Shown here: piece by piece, positions 24,810 through 38,520 of the stretch
Position numbering within the stretch: the first letter of the stretch is position 1
How the letters are laid out: every line of letters starts with the position of its first letter
Assembly (NCBI GenBank): GCA_013265495.1
Contig: MU058213.1
Coordinates: 3,534,001 to 3,598,000, forward strand
Direction: 5' to 3'
DNA length: 64,000 nt
From: Vicugna vicugna
Taxonomy: Eukaryota
Position numbers and translations under genes: made by a program
The notes under the pieces: generated by a model
What the model saw: the letters and a program-made list of their open reading frames with translations, nothing else
The model's database searches: none
What the model was told of the DNA's origin: nothing

Positions 24810-27800
24810 GATGGCACAAGTAGTGGGGCTCAGGACCAGCCCATGCTCACTCAGCTGGCAAGGATCTCCCCATCCTTAGCAGAATGTGGGACACAGAGAG
24901 TCAGTCTCTGACATAAGATGGTGGTCCAGTTCCTATAGATTTCTCCGGTGGTGTCCTGGGAAAATGAATGCCCTGGTGGAGGGGACACCCTTGCCAGTTT
25001 GATGTTTAAGGCAGTTGAAAGGTAAGGGAAGAACAATGCCTACAAGGACAATGAAGTTGGCTAGTTATCACTGTGCTGTATTAATGACTTGCAGAGAGAC
25101 ACCGAGAAATTAAGGGCAATTAACAAATGGCTAAGGGTCAAATCTGAGAGACAGAGGGCCTCTTTGGTAGCTTATAAAGAAACCTGCACCTCCTAAAGTG
25201 GAAAAGAGGACAAAACTGATGAGCAGAATCAGAGGTGACACGGCTGCAGAGCTCAGAGACATTTAAATGCTCAGTCACTGCGGGTCTACTACATTCATGT
25301 CAGGGCCTGGCTGGGAAAGCCTGGGACCCTGACAGGTGGGACCGGAGGATCTGGGTGGATGCTCCTGAGAATTCTGGTTCCACAGAGCTCTGAACCCTCA
25401 GAGCTTGCAAAGTCAAGCAGCCCCACCCCTCCGTAAGAAGAGCGAGCACATCCCCCGTGCAGGAAGACACTGCAGAGGCTGCTCCCTGCACTCCCTTCTC
25501 AGGAGTTGCCCCTTCTTCTCTCCTGGTTATCAAGATAATAACCAGTGTCAAATCCCATTATAACCCAGCTGGGCCTGATATAGGATGAAAGAGACTGCAT
25601 CTGGAAGAAGCTTCAAGAATTAAATAGCATGTTCTGGCTGGAGCCAGAGGAATACCCCTGGGACTATGACGCTTGATCAAAGAGGTAGAAACATAAGACT
25701 AGATAAGCAAGAATTCATTGACTTGAGGGCACTTTCTCAGTACAAAGGATTGAACATCCGGTCAAGAACCCTATGAGATGAGGCAAACCTGCTGCTAGAG
25801 TGGCTCCTAGAAGCCTGAAAAAATAATGAGCCACGTCAAAATGCCTGAGTTGCCCTGGCATACAGCAGGGGGAGGAATAAAAAGGCCAAGCGAAGTTGGC
25901 ATGATGGAATTAAAAATATATATATATATATTTATATATTATATGAGGCCAAAATCCCTGCCAGATGCTTACATTCCATGACTGGGCCGAGAGGACAGCA
26001 TGAAACACAGTCACCAGGCATGTGTTGGTGACAGGGGCAGCAGCATCACCAAGAAGTGCAGTGCTGGCTCTCTTCCACCTGCCACGACTGATGGCAGGAG
26101 AAGTGGTCACAGAGCTGGGCTCCTTAATAGCCACGGGGATGATCCTACGCTTCTCCGGTAATGGAGGCCAGGCAGTGGCGTTTCACTGCCGGAATCAAGG
26201 AGGCTACAGTTACTGTAATGACCAGCCAGGTCAGACGGGCATGAAGCTGACCTGACCTGCAAAGTGCAGAGCATGGCACCCCTAGGGGCAAAACGGGCAG
26301 GTGGCCAACAAAAGTGCAGCTTAACATCTACTGTAAGAAGGAGGAAGGAAGAGGCAGGTGGCTTCGGACAATTGCCCCAATTTAAAAATAACCCCTCGTC
26401 TAGTTCCCCAACCGGAGCCAATTTGCAGATCCCAAACCCACTGACTGAAGAAGTAACCTAGTCCTTAGGAGGAAGGACTCTGTCTACATCACTGCAGGAA
26501 GTGTATATTGTAATGACTCCTTCCTTCCTCCTCCAAAAGGACTATGGCCATTTACTTGGGCAATTGTATACTGGGGGAAAAGAATAATCAGATATACTGA
26601 GGACTGTTGGAAACAGAAAGCCAAAGCATCATCACGGCTTCCATAGTAAAAGCAAAGATTTACAGGGATCAGATAACAAATGGAGTCCTGGCTAAAGTTC
26701 AGCCTACATTGAGTTCATTAGCTCTGTGGATCCACCCAGTAGTCACTTCCCTGGTTTTCAACTGTGCAGTTGGGGCTGACATACCAGAAGCTGGATCTCC
26801 TCACTACCACCACCACAGTGAGTCCATGGCTGGTGGGATAGGTGCTATCATAGTGAGAAGGCAAAGTGCAAGCCTCTGGAACCGTCCTCCCTCTGGTCAA
26901 GACAGTAAATCTAAAACAATATTGATTAGATACTCTAGCAAAGCACAAGGAACAAAAGAAAAGAGAAACTGAACATCATTCAAATTAAAAACTTTTGTGC
27001 CTTCAAAGGACACTGTCAATAAAGTCAAAAGACAACCCAAAGAATGGGAGAGATTTTTGCAAATTTTGTATCTGACAAGGCACTTGTATCTAGAAATATA
27101 AAGAACTATGACAACTCAGTAACAAAAAGACAAGCAACCCAATTATAAAATGCACAAAGGATCTCAATAGTTATTTCTACAAAGAAGATATACGACTGGC
27201 CAATAAGTTCATGAAAAGATGATCAACATCGTTAGTCATCAGGGAAATGCAGATCAAAACCACAGTAAGATACCATTTCACACCCACTAGAAGAGCTATG
27301 ATAAAAAGTCAGATAATAACGAGTTGCCAATGATGTAGCGAAGTGAGAACTCTCACACTCTGTTGGTGGGAATGTAAAATGGTAAAGTCACTTTGAAAAA
27401 GTTTGGCAGTTCCTCGTAGGATCCAGCAATCCCACCTCTAGGTATATAACCCCCCAAAATGAAAATAGAGGTCGCACACAAAAACTTGTATGCAAATATT
27501 CACAGCACCATTATTCGTAATAGTTAAAAAGTGGAAACAATTCAGATGTCCAACTGATGTATGGATAAAGTATGGTTATGCAAATAATGGAATATTATTT
27601 GGCAATAAAAAGAAATTAAGTACTGATACATACATTATAACACAGTTGAACCTTGAAAACATACATTATGCTTGGTGAAAAGAAGCCAGACACAAAGGAT
27701 CACACCTTTTATGTGAAATGTCCAAAATAGGCAAATCTCTTTAAGAGACAAAGTAGGTTGGTGGTTGCCTGGGAAGTGGGGCAGATACTGGGGGAAAAGG

Positions 27801-28105
27801 AGGAATGACAGATGGTGGGTATGGGGTTTCTTTTTGGGGTGATGTAAATGTTCTAAAATTGATTTTGGTGATGGTTGCACAACTCTGTGAATATACTAAA
27901 AACCACTGAACTGCACACTTCGGGTTATAATTGTATGCTATATTAACTATATCTTAATAAGGCTATTTAAGAAACAAACAAAAATATTGCAACCTAGTAG
28001 GAATGTTAGAGATTAGTACCACCACTAAAGACCTAAAGGACACGAGAACGGTTTCTATAATATGTTCTTTGAATTCTCCAGTCTGGTCCCTGGAGAAACC
28101 AGGTA
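24810..28105 (+). mobile_element. ERVL (ERV3-16A3-like) internal gag-pro-RT relic, split by L1
   Basis: Decayed protease (GLLETES...QITNGVLAKV...HPVVTS) and RT start (KTVNLKQY | EISTTTKDLKD...NSPVW); many stops and frameshifts. Confidence 0.8.
26925..27979 (+). mobile_element. L1MB-type 3' 1 kb inserted in ERVL pol
   Basis: ORF2 C-terminal and 3' UTR motifs, aataa plus A-rich tail, TSD aaacaatattg / aaaaatattg. Confidence 0.88.
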
Positions 28106-28109
28106 ACAG

Positions 28110-28680
28110 CCTTAATCACCTGTTGGTTCCTGGAAACAAGGAGTTCAGAGTCCTGGGCAGCAGCTATAGACTGTGGTTCAACGAGATCCTTAATATGTAG
28201 CCTAGGAAGCTGTGTTCCCTCTGGGGACTTGGACCTTTATTTAGCTCAGCAGAGCCCAGAGTTCCAGCGACACAGTCCTGCAGTGGGTCTTTGGAACTGA
28301 TGGTAAGTGGGGTCTCTCCCACTTCTATTCCTTAGTTCCTGGGCCATGTATACTTTCTGTTGTGAACACAGCCTCATGGTGCTTCAGCTGTGAGGCTACC
28401 CGCTTCTGGATGGTGTGGGAGATGACGTGACTAATGGATACAATGGTCATGAGCTCATTCCTGTACCTCCTCCTCTGTGAACTGGGTCCCCTGGGAGGAA
28501 AATTCTGCATGGGTTTCTATCCCTACGGAACTCATATTCTGAAAGCCCCCAGATAATCGTGCTGGCTGAGGTTCTGCAAACAGGAAAGGCAAACCCAGGT
28601 CTATAAGTAATTTCAGGACAAATTACTGAAACTTTCAGAATGGAAGGGGCTCAGTTTAGTAAACTAACCACAAAATGGCT
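28110..28680 (-). mobile_element. ERVL integrase-region relic (inverted)
   Basis: Minus strand reads QGTQFTEEEVQE*AHDHCIH*SRHLPHHPEAGSL, resembling the ERVL integrase core (DQGTHFT...HHPEAAGL). Confidence 0.7.
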
Positions 28681-28689
28681 ACGATCATG

Positions 28690-30850
28690 AGGGTTAATGG
28701 TCTGTAGTTTTATTTCCTCATATAGTTTTTGGTATCAAGAGTAGTGCTGGCCTCATGAATGAACTGGGAAATGTTCCCTCCTCTTCTAGTTTCAGTAAGA
28801 CATTGTGTAGAATTGAAATTATTTTTTCCTTAAATGCATGGTAGAATTTAACAGTGGAACTATCTGGGTTCAAGGTTTCTTTGTTGGATGGTTTTTAACT
28901 TCAAATGCAATTTCTTTAAGAGATATAGAACTTTTCAGGTAACTCTTCAGAACTTTTCATTTCTTATTAAAGTTTTGGTAGTATGTGTCTTTAAAGGAAT
29001 TGATCCACTTCATCTAAGTTATTGAATTCATGGGCACAGAATTGTTTATGGTATCCATTATTATCCATTTAATGTTTGTTGGTTCTGTAATGATCCTACT
29101 TTCCAGTTTCTCAAGATGGAACCTTAGATTAATGCTTCAAGACCTTTTTTTCCCCTAATATAATTTAATGATATATATTTTTCTCTAAGCACTGATTTAG
29201 CTGCATCCTACCAATTCTGATGTTGTGGTTTTTTTAAATTGAAGTACAGTTACAATGTATCAATTTCTAGTGTATAGCACAATGTCCCAGTCATGCATAT
29301 ACATACATAAACTCATTTTCATACTTTTTATTAAAGGTTATTAAAAGATACTGACTATAGTTTCCTGCGCTATACAGAAGAAATTTTTTTTTCTAATCTA
29401 TTTTTATATATAGTGGCAAACATTTGCAAATCTCAAACTTCCAAATTTATCCCTTCCCCCACCCTTTCCCCCAGTAACCATAAGATTGTTTACTATGTCT
29501 GGGAGTCTGTTTCTGTTTTGTAGATGAGTTCATTAGTGTCCTCTATGTTGATGTTGTATTTTTATTTCATTCTGTTAGAATATTTTCTAATTCCCCTTGA
29601 GAATTCTGATTTGATGCATAGATTATTTAGAAGTATGCTGTTCAACTTCCAAATATTTGGGGATTTTTCAGATATTTTTGTGTTACTAATTCCTAATTTA
29701 ATTCCATTATAGTCAGAGACCATATTTTGCATGATTTCTATTCTTCTAAAATTGTTGAGGTATGAGTTTTGACCCAGTTTATTCAGTAAACATTCCATGT
29801 GCAATTTTAAAGCCTACGTGTTCTGCTGTTGTTGGGTAGACAGTCCATAAACGTCAATTAGATAAAGCTGATTTGATTACGTTGTTCAAGACGTCTATAC
29901 CTTTACTCAGTTTTTTGTCTACTTATTTTAACCAATTACTGAGAGAACAGTATTTAGTTCTCCATGTATAATTCTCTTATTTTCCCTCAGCTTAAAATAC
30001 CTTTATTACACTGTCATTTTCAAAGGATACTCTTGTTATAGAATTCTGAATTGACTGTCCTTTTTTTTCTTTGCTACCTTAGTCATGCTGTTTCATCACA
30101 GTTTCTGATGAGAAACCCATAGTTATTTGAATCACTGTTGTCCTATACATAATGTGTCATCTTCCCTGGCTGCTTTCAATATCTTTTCTTTATCTTTGGT
30201 TTCAGCAATCTGATTATAATGTGTTGAGCATGGTTTTCTTTGCATATACTTTCTTTGGGTTTCACTGAACTTCTTTAATCTGTAAATGCATGTATTTCAA
30301 TAAATTTAGAAGTTTTAGCCTATTATTTCTTCAAGTACTTTTCTCCACCAATGTCTTTTTTTCTCTTCTCCTCAGACTTCAAATGACCCAAATATTAGAC
30401 TCTTTTAACATTGTCTACAGGTCCCTAAGGCACTACTAACTTTTTCCAATCATGTTTTTCTTTTCTTTGGATGAAATAACATCCACTGATTATCTTCAAA
30501 TTCACTGATATCTCCATTCAGTTATTATCAGGTTAATTTTCAGATACTATATTCTTAAGTTTGAAAATTTTGATTTCATTCTTTTTTTGTAGGTTTTATT
30601 TCTCTGCTGAGAAAGCCTATCTTCCCATTCATTTCAAGATTCTTTTATCTTTGTCATGAAGCATGGTTGTAATGGTTATAATAACTCCTTTAATAAAGGA
30701 GGGTTTTAAGGGTTTTACTAATAGTTCCAAAGTCTGTATCACCTTAGGATTGGCATTTGTTGATTGTCTTTTCTTTTGAGAATTGGTCATATTTTCATGA
30801 TTTGTAGTATGTAAAATCATTCTGGATATATTTTGAATTATATATATATA
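28690..30850 (-). mobile_element. Old L1M fragments
   Basis: tttggtatcaagagtagtgctggcctcat..., tgatgagaaac..., typical L1 antisense motifs. Confidence 0.75.
29230..29545 (-). mobile_element. Younger lineage L1 3' end nested in L1M
   Basis: ttttttaaattgaagtacag...gtaaccataagattgtt; flanking repeat tgatgttgt. Confidence 0.82.
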
Positions 30851-31589
30851 TATAGGGGGAGCTCTGGGTCCTACTAAAATCCTTAACAGCTTTACAGTTG
30901 TTTACAGCACTGGGTTAAGTTCAAGGCCCTCTTGCTGCATCATGGATAAAACTGGAAGTGTTAATTTTTTTAAACACTCGAGACAATTTATAACACCTGA
31001 ATATGTCTTTAATGTGATAATAATAAAAAGCCATGTTTAATGGAAAAAGGCTAGATGCATTCCCATTAAAATTGGGAACAAGACAAACATCTAACCCTTT
31101 TATGACTAAACATTATTTTACATGTGTCAAATAATGATATTCAAAAAAAAGAAAATAGTGAAGGGTACCAAAAAAACCTCCCATACATTGAAAACACACA
31201 TTTCTAAGACAAATGCAAAAAAAAAAAGAGTATAATAATAACATAAGTATAAATAAAAAAAAAAAACTCAACCACTTTAAAAACTCTCTCCAAGCAATAC
31301 TTGTGCCACAGAAGCAATCAAAGTCAGAGGTTATCGAACTTGAAGTTTACTCTAAATGTGAGTATAAACCAGAAATTTAGCTTCATTTTTCTTCACATGA
31401 CTATCCAGTTGACTCAATACTCTTTCCTCAAGAATCCAAAATTCCCAAACTGATTTCAAATGCTGTTTCTATGCCACACTAAGCAGAGTGAGGGAGACCC
31501 TTCTCTAAACAAGAGAGACCGGAAGCTCTCTAGTTGGTGCCGTTGTCTGGATCTTCAGGAACAGCTTCTCAAACATTTGCTTCAGCAAC

Positions 31590-32020
31590 TTCTTCCCTTC
31601 AATTCACTTTATTAAAACAAAACAAACAAACAAAAATCCTTCCACTGTGGAATACAGAAGAGTGGCTTCTGTTTCCCTGACTGAAATCAAGTGTGGCACC
31701 AGAGAAGCCTCCTGAGAGGCTGGTGTTCCAGGAAGGGTCAGCTCTGTCAGATGCTGCTGCAAGCATGAGGAAGATGAGACGAGATAAACGTGGCACCGTG
31801 GAGGTCACTGGGGACCTTAGTGAGAGCAGTTTCATCAAGTGATGCTGATAGGAGACTAGAGTGAGAAGTAGAAATGACAGGGGCAGGCAACTCTTTTAAG
31901 AATGTTGGTTATTCAGGTGAAAAGAGAAGCGAGTCAACAGCTAAAGGGAAAAATGAGGTCAAGGACGTCAAAGGATGGAATGTTCAAATGGGAATAATCC
32001 AGCAGAGAAGGAGAGATTAC
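31590..32020 (-). mobile_element. L2 fragments
   Basis: gaggtcactggggaccttagtgagagcagtttca, an L2 antisense motif. Confidence 0.55.
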
Positions 32021-32611
32021 TGATATCTGTCTCTACCAATGCTGGTAGGGTGCTGCCTCTGGCTTCGGTAAGGACTCTGACAGACGGGCACAAGGACACA
32101 CTGTCAGATTCAGGGCCCTCCTGGGAACCTGAGATAAGTGCTGATTGGAGCTTGCTCTTCTGGGACAGTGAGGTAGGTGGAGGTAGGGGGAAGGCAGCAT
32201 GTGAATGAAGGGTGCACAAGAAGAAATGTATCCTCTTGGTAGACCCTCATCATCTCTTTTCTCGATCAGTGTATTTAATAAATGACTGGAGAGACAAAGA
32301 ATGCATCACCTTTAAGTAAAACACCAAAAACTGCAAAACTGGAATAAGATCGTCTCTGATCAGAATTCAATTAGAATAAGATAATTCCAGGTTTACATTC
32401 ATCCTTTACCTCTTCATTACCTTACATATGTTTTTCATTATAAGATAAATGGTACCAGGGCCATGTCATCGTGGGGATACTTATATTTAACTCTTTAAAA
32501 TTTTTACAAATTCTTATAAGATACCTTGTAGAATATAGGTGAGAAGTTATCATTCTAACCTACTGAGAAAAAAAATCTTAGCTGTTTGAATGAAATAAAA
32601 CGCATACTTAC

Positions 32612-32650
32612 TCTGAATAATATTTCTTCATTCCATTTTGGATTCAAAGT
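32612..32650 (-). CDS. NEDD4: NEDD4 coding exon 4 (TLNPKWNEEILFR), C2 domain
   Basis: 39 nt, acceptor ttttag, donor AGA|GTAAGT, 103-nt intron from exon 3; C2 LNPxWNE motif. Confidence 0.97.
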
Positions 32651-32753
32651 CTAAAAGACAATAAATATAGTATAACTAAATTTTTAAATATTTTGCTACA
32701 TAAAAATAAAACATAGTATATTTAAAATTGTTTTGAATAGTGCTGAGTCTAAC

Positions 32754-32832
32754 CTTTTTAATGGTTTTCGTTTGCACACTTGTAAAAATTCCATTCATTG
32801 GGTCATACAATGTCACTCTCACATAAGGATCA
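32754..32832 (-). CDS. NEDD4: NEDD4 coding exon 3 (DPYVRVTLYDPMNGIFTSVQTKTIKK), C2 domain
   Basis: 79 nt, acceptor aacag, donor AAG|GTTAGA; completes the split Ser codon of the C2 SDPYV motif. Confidence 0.97.
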
Positions 32833-33019
32833 CTGTTAAAATTAAAAAAAGAAGTTAATTGTTGCTTATTCCCAAACTCAGGTTACTCAAACTATAAAAA
32901 TCACAGAATCTTCCCTGTTAACAATTTCTACAAATTATTTCCTACACTTAAAAGTAAGGGTTCCTTAGGCAGGGGTAAGTAATTACAGTCATTTTTGTAC
33001 CTTGTTAAAAAGCTAAAAT

Positions 33020-36000
33020 TAAAAAGAAATTTTTGTATAACCCAGTAGAGCAAAGATTTTCTCCTATGTCTTCTTCTAGAAGTTTATTAATTTTGGCTCT
33101 CATTAATTTTCGATACTACGTGTGGTAAGGAAAAAGTCTCATTGTGTTCCATCCAGATAACCAGCTGTCCTAACACCAGGTACTGGAAAGACTACTCTTT
33201 CTCTTGAATTACCTTAATGCTGAAAGCAAGTGACCACGTATGTGTGTATGTGTGTGTGTATATATTTCTACACTCTTTATTCTATTCCATTGAACAATAT
33301 AACTGTTCTTAAGCCAATGCGACTGTCTTGAATACCTATAGCTGCACAGAAATTCTTGAAATTAGGTAGCGTAAGCTCTCCAATTTTGTTTTTCTTTCTC
33401 AAAATTGTTTTCACTATTCTATGTCCTTAGACTTTCTGTAAAAATACTGGAATCAGCTTATCTATTTCTCAAAAACAGTATGCTGGGATTTTGATTGGGA
33501 TTGTGCCATATCTACTCAATCTAGAGAGAAATACAACTCTGACAATAATGAATCTTCTGATCCATGAACATGGCTTATTTAATCCATTGATTCAGATCTC
33601 CAATTTCCCCCAGCAATGTTTTGTAATTTTTAGTGTACAGTTCTTAAAAATATTTAGTTAAATTTATTTCTAAGTTTTTTATTTTTACACGACTGTAAAC
33701 AGAGATTTTAAAAAATCATTTCCCAAGTGTTAATTGGTTGATAGGATGTAAAAATACAACTAATTTTGGTACATTGACTTTGTATCTTGTGGTCTTGTAG
33801 TTTCAGCAGCTTCACTGAAGATTCCTTAGGGTTTTCTAAGTATATGATCAGATTGTTTAAAAATAAAAACAGTTTACTACCTTTTCAGTCTGTATTATTT
33901 TTATTTCTTTTCCTTGCCATATTACATGGCTAGGACATTCAGTACAGTGTTGAACTGAATGTGAAAGCAGACAATCTTTCTTATTACTGAGTTTAAGTAG
34001 AAAGCATTCAGACTGTCATCATTGGGTATGATGTCAGCTACTGTTTTCCTCAGAGAAAACCTTAATCAGGTCGAGAACTCCCATCTGTCTCTAGTTTGCT
34101 AAGAGTTTTTTTCATGAAAATGGGTGCTGAATTTTGTCAGATGCTTTTCCTGCATTTATTGAAATGATCAGCTTTTTCTTTTATTCTATTGATACGGTAA
34201 ATTACATTGATTAATTTTCAGATGTTAAACCAACCTTGTATTTTATTATTAGTTTGCTGAGAGTGTTCATCATAAAAGGGTGTTGAATTTTGTCAAATGC
34301 ACTTTCTAAACCTACTGAAATGATCATGTACTTTTTCTTCTCTTCTATATTAATATAATGAGTTACAGTGATTGATATTTTTCAAATGTTGAACAAACCT
34401 TGCATTCATAGGAAAAATCCCACCTGGTCATATATTGTTGCTATATATTGTTCAATATAGGGTTATTCAAATTTTCTATTTCTTCTATGATTAATTTTGG
34501 TAATTTCTGTCCTTGAGAGATTTTGTCTACTTCATCTAAGTTGTGCATGACTCTTTACTGGCAGAAGTCATGCACCATGTTCCTTTTTTGTCTTTTTCAT
34601 TTCTACAGGATCTACAGCCATGTCCCTGCTTTTATTCCCACTTGGTAATCTGCACCTTCTCTCTTTTGCTTTTCATCAGTCTAGTTAAAAGTTTAAAATT
34701 TTTATTGATTCCTTCAAGGAACAAGTGTTCAGTTTCAACGATTTCTATTGCTGTTCATTTTCTATGTCACTAATTTCTGCCCTTATCATTATTATTGTTT
34801 TCCTTCTACTTACTTTGGAATTAATTTGCTCTTCTTTTTCTAATTTCTTAATTTCAGAACTCAAATCATTCATTTAGATCTTACTCTTTTTCTAAGTTAA
34901 GCATTTTAAAACTATAAATTTTCCTCTAAATACTATGTTAGCTGAATCCCACAAATTTTGAGATTGCTAAATATTAATTTTCATTCAGTTCAAAATATTT
35001 TCTAATTTATCTTATGATTTTTTCTTTGACCTATAGATTGTTTATAATTTTATTGTTTTATTCTCAAATATTTGGGGGTTTTCTAGATATCTTAATGTTC
35101 CTGGTTGCTAACTTAAATCCATTGTTATCAGAGAACATTTCCATATGACTTCAGTCTTTTCAAAATTCTTGGGACTTGTCCTACGGCCCTACACATGGTC
35201 TGTATTGGTAAATGTACCAAACACTCTTGAAAAGAATGTAAATTTTGCATTTGTTTGATTTACCATTTTCTGGCCCAGCATAATATAGCAGACAGGCTCT
35301 AGGTAGCTCCTTTTTTTTTTTTTCAAGAAAGCTCCTTTTATCCCCACCTCCTAATGTTCATGCTTTTAACGGTGTTCGCCTTCTCTTAATGTGGGAAGGA
35401 CTATGTATTTTAACCAATACATGACAGCACAAGTGACAAAATAGTCACATTACAAAAGATTGTAACACAACCATGCTAGGAGACACTCTCTCCTTTGACA
35501 GCTTTGAAGAAGCAAGCTGCTAGCCTGTGAGCTACCATATGGAGAAGACCATGTGGCAAGGAACTTAGGGTGGCCTCTGGCTGACAGCCATTAAGAAACT
35601 GAAGCCCTCAATCTAGCAGCCTGCAAGGAAACGAATATTACCAACAACTCTGTGAGCTTGGAAGAGTATGCTTCCGCAGATAAGCTTCAGACGAGACAAC
35701 AGCCCTGGCCAATACGTGACTGCAGATTCTAAAGCAGAGGAAGCAGAGGAGCTAGTTAAACGATGACTTCTGACCCACAGAAACTATGAGATAACAAATG
35801 TGTGTTCTTTTAAGTGGCTACATTTGTGGTAATTATGGTTGTGCAGCAATTGATAAACAATACGAATTTACCACGTGCACCTGAGAAGAACGTGTTTTAG
35901 TTCATAATATTGTCCAACTTTCTGTTTTCGTTGATTTTTTTCATTTAGTTGTTTTATTAACTTCTGGGAGAGAGCTGTTAAGGCCTCCACCTATGATTGT

Positions 36001-38210
36001 GGAATTTTTTCTCTCTCCCTTTAATTCTGTCAGTTTTGCATCATATATTTTAAAGTTCTGTTAGCAGGTACAAATTTGATTTTTTATCTTCCAGATGAAT
36101 TTATTCTTATATTATTGTGAAATACTTCGAAATAATTTTTTTGTGTTGGAATCTATGAAAATATCCACGTCTTCATATGCTTACTGTTTGCATGGTTATT
36201 TCTTTGCATTCCTTTTCCTTCAGCTTAACTGTGTCTTTGTCTTTTAAGTGCATCATTTACAGACAGCATTTACTTGGGTCTTCTTTTTTATAATAACTTC
36301 TACCTCATATTTACCTTAGTCCATTAATGTTTAATGTAATTATTGACATCATCAGATCTGGGTCTTTCAAATTATTATTTGTTTTCTATTCTTCCCTCTC
36401 CCCTTTCTCTCTCTTTTTTGAGCACTCATTCTTCTTTTCCAGGTGTTTTGTTTAATTATTTTATTTTATCAAGAATTTCAGTTTTAAATTTCTATTGGTT
36501 TTTAATCTATACTTCTTTACATTATTTTTTAGTGGTTTATCTATGTATTACAATATACACCCTTACTTTATTCCACTTACACTTAATATAGTATCATTCT
36601 ACTAAAAATGGTTCATAACCCACACCCAGCCCTGTCCTGTACACTACAGTGGTTATATGCATTCCATCTACATATAATATAAATCCTACAAGACAATGTT
36701 ATAAGTTGTGATATAAATAGGCTTTTGTTTTTTTAAAATAATGATGAAAAGAGTAAAAAGCCTTTTGTATGTTCCCAGATATTAACCATTTCTGATGCTC
36801 TCATTCCTTTCTGAGGATCTGAGTTTCCATTTGATACATCTGGTATCTAGGCTCTTTGGCTCGGAGAATGACCTTTATCTTTTATTACAGTGTAGGTCTG
36901 CCAATGATAAAGTCTTATCATTTTCTTTTATCTAAAAATGTTGTTATTTTGTCATCATCCTGAAGAACACTTTCACTGAATTTAGCAGAGAATTTTAGAC
37001 CGACAGTTTTTATTCTATTGTTCCATTTTCTTCTGGCCTCTACAGTTTCTGGTGAGAAGTCAGTACTCAATTGAATTATAGGTCCCTTGTGTGTAATTTG
37101 TCATTTTCTGAGTTTCTTCTACAAGAATTTTTCTTTATACTTGGCTTTCAACAGCTTGACTATTACGTGCCTCAATATGTTCACCCTGGTGTTTAACCTG
37201 CTTGGTGTTTTATGATACTATATACATATTTGGGAGAAAAATGTGGCCATTATGTCTTCAAACAATGTTTTGCCTCATTCTCTCTCCTCTATCTCTAGGA
37301 TTCCAATTACGTGTATGTTACACTGTGTGATATTATCGTAAGTCCCTGAGGCTCTCACTTAAAAAAATATTTTAAATCTTTTGTTTCTCTCTCATCTCCA
37401 ACTAGGGAATAACTTTATTGATTTAAGTTCAATTAATTTTCCTCTTCATCTCCATCCTGCTGTTAATTTCATCTAAGAATTTTAATTTCAAATATTCTAT
37501 TGTCCAGTTTTAGAATTTTCATTTTTTATGGTTTCTATTTCCATTCCTGAGATTTTCTATCCTTTGACTTATTATAAGCATATTTTCTTTTCTCTATTGA
37601 GAATGTGTTTCATTCTCCTGGTTTTTAAGCAGATTATATAGTTTTGGATTATATCTTAGATATGATAAATGTTAAGTTGTAGAGACTTTGGATTCTGTAC
37701 TTTCTCTTTGATGAGTGTTTGTTTTATATTTTATTTTATCATGCAATTAATTGTCTTATTTAGATAAGAGCCACAGACTCTGTTTATTGGGCAGCAACCC
37801 TGATCTCGGTTCAAATCTTTTGTCTTTAGCTGAGTTGCTTTGAATTTGCTATCACATGTGTGATTCACAGTCGGCAAGAAATGCCAGACATAGTGTGAGA
37901 ATCTCCTCTCTGGTTCTTTCCCTTCCAGAATCCCCGACTTTGTCATGCTGTCTTCAGACTAAGTCTTCTGATTTCCCAGACCATGAATATTATACTTTTT
38001 CCATGTTCTGATTCCGTGTGGCCTCAGACTAATTAATAAAACTGGGGGCTCAGTCAGTGCAACTTCCCCTCCAAACATGGACTCTTCACTAGACTACACC
38101 TGCTCTGTTCACCCCCTACTGCCTTTCAGTTGCTGCCTTTTGTAATATGTTCAGAGTTTATGGTTGCTATCTGCTCAATGGTTAGTCTGTTAGAATTTTA
38201 CTTCTTCCCA
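33020..38210 (-). mobile_element. Long composite L1M relic filling most of intron 2
   Basis: Continuous L1 ORF2-to-5' antisense motifs (gctgggattttgattgggattg, gatccatgaacatgg, tttcattcagttcaaaatattttcta). Confidence 0.8.
35283..35863 (+). mobile_element. MLT1E/F-type MaLR solo LTR nested in L1
   Basis: ccatgtggcaaggaact...gacccacagaaactatgagataa...gcagcaattgataa. Confidence 0.88.
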
Positions 38211-38446
38211 GAAATAGAACTTAAGAGTGTATCTTACAACTACCACTCTAAGTTATACTTTTGTCTAATTTCACAAACTCAGTATTTCAGATATCAAGGA
38301 ATTTAGTAAACTAACTGGAAACATTATTCTACCTCATATAACAGTTTACTAATAATATTATTCAATTGTTCATCTACCCAAAATTTAGAAAAAACTAATT
38401 AACAAATGCAAAGTTTTAAAATTACAACCGAACTTGCCAAACTTAC

Positions 38447-38520
38447 CTAGCTCCCAAGATATCCTTCTTGGCAAGGCCTATTCCAGCAATAACTTTTACT
38501 CTCACAATTCGGGAATTTTC
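38447..38520 (-). CDS. NEDD4: NEDD4 coding exon 2 (ENSRIVRVKVIAGIGLAKKDILGAS), C2 domain
   Basis: 74 nt, acceptor ttttag at 38521, donor AG|GTAAGT; frame continuous with exons 1 and 3. Confidence 0.97.
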
